Below are positions 20,522 to 29,999 of a DNA stretch of 64,000 nt, piece after piece. The first letter of the stretch is position 1. Every line of letters starts with the position of its first letter. A program made the translations under genes and the position numbers. The stretch is taken from the sequence record MK250019.1; one strand, 5' to 3'. The notes below the pieces were generated by a model. That model was not told the origin of the DNA. It searched no databases and saw only the letters and a program-made list of their open reading frames with translations.

Positions 20522-20881
20522 ATGAAACGGATTATTAATATAAGACCTTTATCAGAAGAAACTATGCGAAAATCTTTTGGTGCTTCAATGGAAGATAAGT
20601 TGAGGGAATTGAAAGATGAGATTAAAGACAGCAGGTTATTGGAAGATACATTGGCATTTCCTATTGGGCGTGAAGTTTATGTTGATCCGACCGCTGGTAT
20701 GCGGTATAAGATGTTGGGTGGACATTTGTCATATGCCGGTATGAGTCTCAATCAGTTGGATTAGCAGTTGTATTCTGATTTGGTTTCCGGTAGACAAACT
20801 GTTGATGCAGTATTAGATACCTGGAAAAATAAAAGGGTTAAAAAAATTAACTTTTCTTCAGGAAAAATGAAGAAAAAGTAA
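20522..20881 (+). CDS. Hypothetical protein (119 aa, TAG=Gln)
   Basis: TAG at 20762 read through to TAA 20879, which is followed by a terminator. Confidence 0.65.
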
Positions 20882-20883
20882 AT

Positions 20884-20927
20884 AAAAATGAGAATATTTA
20901 ATGTAGAAATTAAATATTCTCATTTTT
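20884..20927. terminator. Bidirectional terminator
   Basis: AAAAATGAGAATATTTAAT/ATTAAATATTCTCATTTTT. Confidence 0.75.
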
Positions 20928-20933
20928 ATTTTA

Positions 20934-21565
20934 TTAATATGCACTAAAACGTTCACGATTCATTTGATTATAAAAATATATAAAAGTACCATCTATGGCA
21001 CCACGTATACATGCATTACTATAATATTCTGCTTCATTTGTTAATGAAAGTGTATGGATTCCTGTTAAATCATCAATAACTTTAAATAATACTGTTTTTT
21101 ATTAAAAATATCATCATTATTTTCCATATAATCAGGCAATGCTATAATAGCTATGCAGTTAGTAACATCAATAAATTTACCTATTAATTCTCCATCTTTA
21201 TCATAAATTGAACCACATGTATTTCCATCATATTTCTTTTCAAATCCATATGAGTCAAATTTTTCATCTAAATATTCTCCTACAAAAACACCATTAGTTA
21301 CATTAAGTTTTAAATTCATTATATTATTTCCCCACCAATCAGTATCATATTGATGATTTAATATTTCCTTATCATCTAATAACCCTTTCATTTTATTAAA
21401 AAATACATCATTAGGTATTGTCGAGTAATTAAAACGTAAAACCTATTTCTTAAACTAGTTTGATGCTTGTATTAATGACTATGATTCATTAAGCTTATTC
21501 TTTACTGCTTTAGAAACCGATTTCATTATAGATTCATAAAGTACTTTCTTTTGATTTCTATTCAT
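20934..21565 (-). CDS. Hypothetical protein with KKVLYESIM leader; apparent frameshift at A6 tract (21095-21100)
   Basis: ATG 21565; frame 0 stops at TAA 21065, while the -1 frame continues KTVLFKVIDDLTGIH..RFSAY to TAA 20934 next to the terminator. Confidence 0.55.
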
Positions 21566-21642
21566 ATTGATTTTTTTAATTTTCATTTATATATTTATAC
21601 TAAAAACATAATTATAGAAATCCTATAACCTTATTTACATAA

Positions 21643-22119
21643 TCAGAATAATGCATCACATTTATTCTCTTTTATCGGACACCAATTTTCATAATCCCAT
21701 TTGAAAAAATCTGTGCAAACGAGATTATTGTTTAATATTGATTTTGCTGTATCAACATTATAATCTATATTAAGTTTAGATAACATTTCTAATATTCGTT
21801 CATGTGTTTCAATGACATTATCTTGAATTAGTTCTGTTCCGTATGTATGTTCTAATGCTTGTTGCCATGTTGAACCATGTTGTATCTTATTATATATTAT
21901 ATAGATAACGAAATTTCCATTTCCGAATGAAGGCTCTAAGAAATTTGATTCTGTATTATTCCACTGTTCTTCTGAAACTTTATCAGACATACGCTTAACT
22001 AATTCAAACGGAGTGAAAAACTCATTTGAACCACCTGAACCCTTTCTTCTGGAAACTCGCTCTTCCGTTGCATAACTATCTAAACTCAAAAACTATTCTA
22101 TATCAAAACTACTATTCAT
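21643..22119 (-). CDS. N6-adenine MTase N-terminal (SAM-binding) half
   Basis: Motif X EFFTPFELV and motif I FLEPSFGNGNF; no NPPY motif; ATG 22119 with TAG at codon 9. Confidence 0.8.
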
Positions 22120-22191
22120 ATTAATTATATAACAGCATATAAATTTTGTTTTATTTATTATAAAAATAAGTTAAACCCTAATTTTCATTTT

Positions 22192-22286
22192 AATGGTTTT
22201 TACGATGTTAAGGATTTTCTTGAGATGAAAAATGAAGATATAATTAAGATGAATTAGTGAAAGAAATTTGATGTTATATTGAGTAA
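22192..22286 (+). repeat. Outer inverted repeat IR-A, left copy (95 bp, 94/95 identical to 24958-25052)
   Basis: Direct comparison; the single mismatch gives TGA (22258-22260) here versus GGA in the expressed copy. Confidence 0.95.
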
Positions 22287-23139
22287 TGCCCCATATGATA
22301 ATGGATTACATGAAAAATTTGAAGCAAAATATTTTGATATATGTGATGGATAGATTTGTTGGGTAAGTCCATTAAGCTTTTTATTGGGTAAAAAACAAAA
22401 AACAAAGATAACACATTAGTTAGATAAGTATATTTGTGATATAGAACAGATAAATGGAAATGAACATTTTGATGCAAATATCGGAGGAAATATGGGTATC
22501 GTATTCTGTGATATGGCTGATGAACATAATGAGCATTATGTTAAGTTTGATGGTAAACAATATAACAAATGTGAAGAAATAACGCCATATAGTGATAATG
22601 AAACAATGAAATATATTATCAATACAATATTAACAAAATGTAAGGAAGATTGTCTAGATAAACATTGTAAATTAACAGAGAAAATATTGCCTAATGATGG
22701 TCGAAATAGATATTTAGAAAATAATCCTAATAAAAATTGGTTTATAATACAATTACCATTAATCAGAGGAGGAAAAAAAGAATTGGATTATTCATCGTTG
22801 TTTACGAAAACAATGAATGATAAAATTAGAACATACAATGAGTTTGAACAACCGGGAAAACATTTAATGTATTTTGCATTTAATACATCAGAAGAAGCAG
22901 TTAATTTCAAAAAATATTGTATGTCTGATATATGTAGATTGATGCTGTATTATTTCAAACCTAATTTAAGTTTAGGTAAAGGTGAATTAAAGTATATACC
23001 TTGGTTCAATTTTACTGATTCTATGTTTGATGGTTCTGCAACAAACGTTAACGAAAATATATACAAATATTTTAATTTTGGAGAAAAAGAAAAAACAGAA
23101 ATTAGATCAGTTATATCTGATTATTATGGTATATGGTAA
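22261..23139 (+). CDS. Silent alternative MTase-catalytic + specificity cassette C
   Basis: KKFDVILSNAPY..FDGKQYNKCEEI..YIPWFNF..DYYGIW, collinear with the expressed C-terminus, in register with IR-A. Confidence 0.8.
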
Positions 23140-23143
23140 TAAG

Positions 23144-23171
23144 AAAGGTTAGGAAATTAATCCTAACCTTT
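23144..23171. terminator. Hairpin at convergent cassette ends
   Basis: AAAGGTTAGGA-AATTAA-TCCTAACCTTT. Confidence 0.75.
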
Positions 23172-23250
23172 TCTTATATTGTAATAATCCGGTAAAAGTT
23201 CTTCAATATGTTTACGTATTTCATCAGAGATATTATATTTGTTAAATAAG
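23157..23250 (-). pseudogene. Orphan cassette C-terminal tail D
   Basis: LFNKYNISDEIRKHIEELLPDYYNIRKG(Q)D*, nearly identical to the tail of cassette B. Confidence 0.75.
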
Positions 23251-23270
23251 TTTCTTATTTAACAAATATA
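23234..23270. repeat. Perfect 17-bp palindrome joining tails D and E
   Basis: TATATTTGTTAAATAAG-TTT-CTTATTTAACAAATATA. Confidence 0.9.
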
Positions 23271-23368
23271 TTCCTGAAATGGAGGATGGAATAACTCGTA
23301 ATAATATAATAAAACATATTCAACATATATTACCTGATTATTATAATATAAGAAATAATGAAAACTAA
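23254..23368 (+). pseudogene. Orphan cassette C-terminal tail E
   Basis: LFNKYIPEMEDGITRNNIIKHIQHILPDYYNIRNNEN*. Confidence 0.7.
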
Positions 23369-23389
23369 TTGTTTTCATTATTTGAATTT

Positions 23390-23445
23390 CTATTAATCAT
23401 AATAGACGCTATATAATTTATGATGGTAAAGAATATAATAAATGT
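23390..23445 (+). repeat. Inner inverted repeat IR-B, left copy (19 bp perfect, 48/56 overall)
   Basis: CTATTAATCATAATAGACG.. matches the reverse complement of 24672-24727. Confidence 0.9.
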
Positions 23446-24060
23446 AGTGAAATAAGTTCTACTAGCAATGATAGTTTATTATAGAACTTTAAAAATATAA
23501 TAACATCGATATGTAATAAAGATAATTTAGAAAAACATATGAGAGCTATACCAGATGATCCTCATTTAAAGAAATATTGGTATAATAATTAGAATGTAGA
23601 TGAATATTGTATAAAAGTTGATTTAATAAGAGGACACGAAAATAAAAAAACAGGTTAGCATAAAGATGATTTTTATACAATAATTTCTAATAATGAAAAA
23701 ACAATATTATCATCAATAGGAAATTTTAAAGATTTAATTAAAAAGAAAAATAATTTAAATAAGAGATTAATAAATTTCTATATTCCATCTATTAATTTAA
23801 ATATTACAAATAATATTATAAATTATTTAAAAACAGATTTTTGTAGAGCAGGACTATTATTCCAAAAAATTAATACAAATATGTATCCAAATGTTTTTAT
23901 TTATATTCCATGGTTTGATTTTTCTAATAATATATTTAGTAAAACACCATCAGAAATAGATGATTATTTATTTACTAAATATAATATATCAAATGAAATA
24001 AGAAAACATATTGAAAAATTACTTCCGGATTATTATAATATAAGAAAAGGTAGAGATTAA
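23392..24060 (+). CDS. Silent, start-less alternative specificity cassette B
   Basis: Open (TAG only) from INHNRRYIIYDGKEYNKC to LPDYYNIRKGRD*; in-frame TGA just upstream and no ATG at the 5' end. Confidence 0.8.
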
Positions 24061-24071
24061 TTCTCTACCTT
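24047..24071. terminator. Hairpin at convergent ends of cassettes B and A
   Basis: AAGGTAGAGA-TTAAT-TCTCTACCTT; both stop codons lie in the loop. Confidence 0.75.
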
Positions 24072-27000
24072 TATATTTTTATATTTGCTTATATCTAAAT
24101 TATAATAATTTGGTAATATCTATAATATATGATTTACAATATCTTGAGAAATATGATATTTTTTAAATAAGTATAAATCTATATTTTCAACGGTATTATT
24201 GAATATATTATCCGAAAAATTGAAATATGGTATAAATCTACATTCACCCCCTCCTAATTCACATGAATTTTGAATTAAATATAAACATATTCTACAAAAG
24301 TATGTTTCCGTATAATTAATCAGATTAATTATAAATTGTTTATTATTAGATGGAATATAATATTTAAGAAATATATTTCCTTTAGAATCTATTTTATTTT
24401 TTATATCTTTATATAAATATGGTGTTAACATATTTCTTGAAAGAATTCCAAAATTTATATGTTTTGTATTAGAATCAGTACCATTATATCTATTTAATCT
24501 TAAAATCCACCAATTATCATCAGGATTATGTTCTACAGGTGCATTTCCAAATTCATGAACATCAGGAATTCTTTTTACATGCATCTATAAATTATCTTTT
24601 AAATATAATGGTTGAACAATAGATTTAAATTTCATAAGTAATTCATCATTTGAATAACGAGAAATTTCTTCACATTTATTATATTTCTTTCCATCGAATA
24701 ATATATAACGTCTATTATGATTAATAGGATCATTTTCCTTAAACATCTAAATAGCCATTACACCACCAATATTAGCGTCAAAAAATTCATTACCATTTAT
24801 AGATTCTATATCACTATAATCCCATGTATCTACATGTTTAACAATATCTTTCTTTTGCTGCTTACCTAATAACCATGTACTAGGCTATACAGTACAAATT
24901 TCACTTCCTATTTCAAAATATTTTGCTAACATCTTATTAGCCAAATTATATGGTGGGTTACTCAATATAACATCAAATTTCTTTCCCTAATTCATCTTAA
25001 TTATATCTTCATTTTTCATCTCAAGAAAATCCTTAACATCGTAAAAACCATTTCCGTCAATGTCATTTATCTTCATAATTATACTTTCCGGAAGCTATAA
25101 AGTCTTTAAAATCTTTCTAATAAAATTAATAGTCAATTCACTACTTGGAACTATCTTACATTTCTTACAAACTTCAATTCCATAATCATTATATAACTAT
25201 ATAAAGAATTCACATACCTTTTCATTCACCAATAAAATACTATCCGCATTCTATACATCTTCACGACTCAACTTCTTTACCATCTTACTAGTCAAACTAA
25301 CAGGCGTTATAACTTCACTCTTATCTAATTTACCTAACTTACTAATAGCATTCTATACTCTCTATATCGCAGAAATATTCTTATCATCCAATAAACACTT
25401 CAACTGATATATCAACATATTAATCTACATTATTTCCGCATCATTCATACGGCTAATAATATCAGATAACTCATCAACATCAATCTTAAAATCCTTAGCA
25501 ATCTGTTCACACTCTGAATCACTACATACCAATTCTATATAATTCATTATATCCTCAGGAATGTTATTCATACAGATACAACTATACAAAACAGACTTTA
25601 ACATAGTCGTAAACTTCTTTTTCATAGTCTCTAATTCTGCCTTATCCTTCTTATCAGCTTTACTAACATTTCCAGACTTTTCCTATGCTTTATCTACAGC
25701 AGAATCAAATCCCTTATCATCAACAGGTAATTCATCACTTCCTTCTTTCTGTTCTAACTTTGTCTAATTCAATAATCCTTCAGACCATCTCTAAATATAT
25801 TTCATATTATCTAAATTATCCAAAAAAGAATTAAACTATTTCAAATCAATAGAATCTTCAATACTTCTTTCACGATTATACTTAACATATTGTTTCAATA
25901 AATCATCTGCTGTAATCTCATGAATTCCATTCAATATATGCTTTCCATTAGTATCATATACACTGTCTACATATGTAGGAACCTGTTCAATACTTTTATT
26001 GATAAGCTCCTTAACTTCTTCAATATTATGTTTCTTCGCTTTATCTGCACCACACTATGAAACAGCAGAATTTACCATCATATTATACATTCGATCAACC
26101 TTAAAATCAATCAAATATACATTAGCCTTCCTACAAATTTTCTGTTTCTGTTCAACACCATTTTCATCTGTATAAGTAGCATTACCTACATTTCTTGTAC
26201 ATAATCTGAATATTGCCTGATCATATTCCTATGGTGAAGCTGTATCTTTCATATAAAACATTGCATCCCATAAAGGAACACTAACACCTGTTAAAAATCT
26301 GTTTACTGTAATAGTTAAAGATCTCTTTCCTTTATTCTCTAAACTCCATAATGCCTGATTTAATGATGTAGAATCAGTCGCTTCAGGATCTAATTTTCTT
26401 GCATCTTTATCTTTTGCAGTTCTTCTTTCTGTCGCTACAATAATCTTTCTATATTCATCTGATTCAGGATCATCATCGATAATATTCTTATCAATTAATA
26501 ACTTTTTCAACACATGACAATCATCAATATGTGGAAGAACCATTATAATATGCTTAAATATTTCACCTTCCTTAATTCTTTTCTAATCTAAGAAACCTGG
26601 CATTTTATGATTATTCGCACCGAATATAGATTCCATTAATTCTGTAACAGCAGATTCATTTTCAAACTTATCATTTGAATTTTTAAATAAAAATGATAAT
26701 GATGTATTAATATCCTTATTTTTACTTAATACTTTTCTACATTCCTTTGTTAAATTCATACCGAATTTAATCATATTAGGAATACCAAAATAAGGAGATT
26801 TACTTTCATCAAAATTATCATCATTAATATGCTCATCTACCCATTTATCACGCGCATCAATCATATCAGAGAATCCAACATTAGAAATGATTTCCTTATT
26901 CTTATAAATTTCAGAAAATTCTCCGCTTGCTAATATATAATATGGTGTACCAGAACACTGTAATGTATACTTATGCTTTATTTCATCAACAGCTTTAGAT

Positions 27001-28376
27001 ATACGATCAACATCTTCAGCTTCTTTCTTTGCTTCTTTTAATTCTGTACTATTAGCTTCATATTTGTTTTTTGCTAAACCTACAGCAGTTCCATATACAT
27101 TTGAATGTGAACCATAATGAGTTTCATCTATAATAATCATATCTAATGGATATTCATCATTATATAAGAATTTATGTTTATCTTTAATTACATTTGCATC
27201 AAATCCTTTCTTACCGGCAAGATCCTGTAAAGTTGCAAATACAATTACAGTTTTACCTTCATCTATATACTGTTTTATCTTATTAGGATTTTCTTTCTTT
27301 ACTTCTTCATATACACCCTTTTGGTTTTTCTTTGATATAGTTAAACTTCCATCTGACGGTAATTCAATAAATACAAAATTATCCAAGAAATCTTCATGGT
27401 TAATATCATCTTTCCATGCAGCTCTTACATCCGCTTTCGCAGAGGTAACTAATACATATTTAATATCAGGTGCTTCTTTAATAATTTCATAACAACAATG
27501 GGTCTTTCCAAATCTCATAACAGCACTTAACAATAAATCTGTACATCCTCTCTTCATTGCATCAATAGCTTTGTTAATTGCATCCTGCTGTAATGGAGTA
27601 TTTTCATATGTATCAGCTGCACCATATTCATGATGTGTAGTTTCCTAATGAGTTTCTAAATCATATAGTTTACCTACATTCTTACCTTCTTTAATATCAT
27701 TTTTAATTTCTGTTATAATATCAGTAATAATCTTTTCATTTAATTCTGATGATGTATCCTTTATTTTCATATCTTTATATTTCATAAAGAATTCAGATGA
27801 TACATGAATATTTTCAATACCATCTTCTTTCGCTAATCTCTTAAATTCATCAAAATCAAATTTATTTGCAGGATCTTTTAAATTAGAATAACCATAACTA
27901 CGTGTACGCGCATGAACATTAAAATCCATAAAGAAAACTTTATGCATTGCATTATCTAACTATGTAGCAGTCCACCATCCTATTAATTTAGCATCACTAT
28001 AATACTTCTGCCATTGTTTAACACGCTATTCAGCACCCTGAACGGTATAACCGATCTTAATGGCATTAGGCGCATATTTTGTAATAAACGCATAAATAAT
28101 AGGTGTATTAGTCTGTAACAATTCTTCTTTAGAAAATGTCTGTCCTTTATGAATTTTATCCAATTCAGACTACATACCTAAATGATTCTGATAATCATTA
28201 TTTAATATATCATCAGAATCATTGTCTGTATCAGATTCATCATTAGTCTAATCATTATTCTAATTTAATTCATCCTATTTCTATCTGATACTTTCATCAA
28301 AATTATTTGACATATCTTCATTTAATGATATAATATCCATATATGTCTATATAAGTTTAACTATATAACTCTTCAT
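24057..28376 (-). CDS. Single-polypeptide restriction-modification-like enzyme: GIY-YIG/T5orf172 nuclease + SF2 helicase + N6-MTase + specificity domain (1439 aa, TAG=Gln)
   Basis: IIYAF..IKIGYT..RVKQW; SAVMRFGKT; IIDETHYGS; SGTPY; NRFLTGVSVPLWD; DQAIFRL; EVITP; FDVILSNPPY (24948-24959); five track ORFs in one frame. Confidence 0.85.
24672..24727 (-). repeat. IR-B right copy, inside the expressed gene
   Basis: Same codon register (ATT AAT CAT AAT AGA) as the left copy. Confidence 0.9.
24958..25052 (-). repeat. IR-A right copy, inside the expressed gene just before NPPY
   Basis: Encodes NGFYDVKDFLEMKNEDIIKMN(Q)GKKFDVILS. Confidence 0.95.
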
Positions 28377-28378
28377 AT

Positions 28379-28846
28379 TTAAAGGAATATTTTTACAATA
28401 TCACATGCTAATCCTTCTCTATCTTCAACAGAAATATAATTATAAATGATATAATTAAACATTACACTTTTAGAGTATTCTTTCTTTTTCTTACTCTTAT
28501 ACATCATCAAATCATAAACCTGATTTTCATTCAGATAATCATCAATAAGCCAATCCACAACATTATCTATATCATCTTTCTTAAGAAAAGTAACAATAAT
28601 ATCAAAATATGTTCCGTTAAACTCAATAGCCCTATTCGCAAATGAACTAAATCTTCCAAAATTCTTTTTCCTATAATCTTCAATAGATAAAGCTCCTTCA
28701 CCTGTTAATATCCTACCTGCAACATATCTTCTAATAGCCTTACTGGAATCTTTAATAAGCTTGCACATCGTTGAACCATCATCATTGGTATCTATAAGTT
28801 TCTGAACCCTCTTAAAATCCTTATTCTCAACTTCTGTATAAATCAT
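28379..28846 (-). CDS. Hypothetical protein
   Basis: 155 aa; stop lies 2 nt before the start of the R-M gene. Confidence 0.7.
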   Translation of the reverse strand: MIYTEVENKDFKRVQKLIDTNDDGSTMCKLIKDSSKAIRRYVAGRILTGEGALSIEDYRKKNFGRFSSFANRAIEFNGTYFDIIVTFLKKDDIDNVVDWLIDDYLNENQVYDLMMYKSKKKKEYSKSVMFNYIIYNYISVEDREGLACDIVKIFL

Positions 28847-28995
28847 AATTATAAAATCTTTATTAGTTAAACAAAAATTAGCATATGAAAATTCATATTA
28901 TTTATTAATAGAATTTTATATGTCTAATATATCATTATTTTATATAATATAATAATTAAAAAGTCAATATATAAATAAAGAAAAATATTTTATAT

Positions 28996-29973
28996 ATGAT
29001 AAAGAAACATCCAATTTTACATGGCGCATGTATTGATAATTTTCATAAATTATATAATGCAGATTTATATGAATAGTATGGTATATTAAATTATGAAGAT
29101 CCGACATTTCGTTTAAAAATTGAAGTAATTGCTACAGAAATATATAATACTACAAAAAATGCAACTAAACCATATTATAAAGAATTTTATGTAAAAAATG
29201 TATATAACTTTATATGGAAATTAAATATTGTCGTAGATTCAACATTTAATTTTTTATCAGTATTTACTCCTGAAGTTGAATTTAAATATAATTATTAGAA
29301 TCATATAGTTGAACATGCAGCAATATTTATAAATCCATTAAAATTTTATAATATAGATTCTCTTGTATCTGCAATATTTCATGAAATAAAACATATATTT
29401 GATCATACAATAACAATTACAAATGATATTCAATAGAAAGAAGTATTATTTAGAGATTATTTGGTACAAGAATATTAGTTATACGATAAACCAGAAATAA
29501 CATTCACATCATATAATAAAAATTTAATACAAAATAATGAAAGTTCTATTATGGAATATTTTAGTTCTTTTATTGATTATGTTGCATCTTCAGAATGGAC
29601 AGCATATTTAGAAAATATCGATAATAGTTATAAACATGAATTAAATAATGTTAAAAGAATAAAATTTTTAAAAGAGAAATATCCATATATACAAATTAAA
29701 AAGTTTATATATTTCAATATTCAATCAGGTAATTACTTATTAATATATTATAATATTGAAAATTATATTAATGATATATTAGAATTAAATTTAAATATTA
29801 TAAATAAAAAATATCAGCGAAATTTTAAAGATATATATGGTGTGAATACTATACAGCAAGTATTAAAAATATATTTAAAAAGAATTCAAAAAGTAAAAAT
29901 ACGAGCAAAGAAAATATTTAATAATGTATATAAAAATTCATATTTAGAAAAAACAATAAAGAGTGAATAGTAA
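28996..29973 (+). CDS. Putative zinc metallopeptidase-like protein (HExxH)
   Basis: ATG 28996, AIFHEIKHIFD motif, in-frame TAGs, ends TAG-TAA inside a terminator stem. Confidence 0.6.
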
Positions 29974-29999
29974 CCCAAATACTATTCACTCTTTTCATA

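Noticed and set aside
21643-28846. A locus-encoded invertase for the shufflon
   Set aside because: No tyrosine (R..HxxR..Y) or serine recombinase motifs recognised in flanking ORFs; the enzyme must lie elsewhere or recombination is homology-driven.
29968-29973. TAG acting as a genuine stop
   Set aside because: It is immediately followed by TAA, so it is uninformative and consistent with terminal Gln plus stop.
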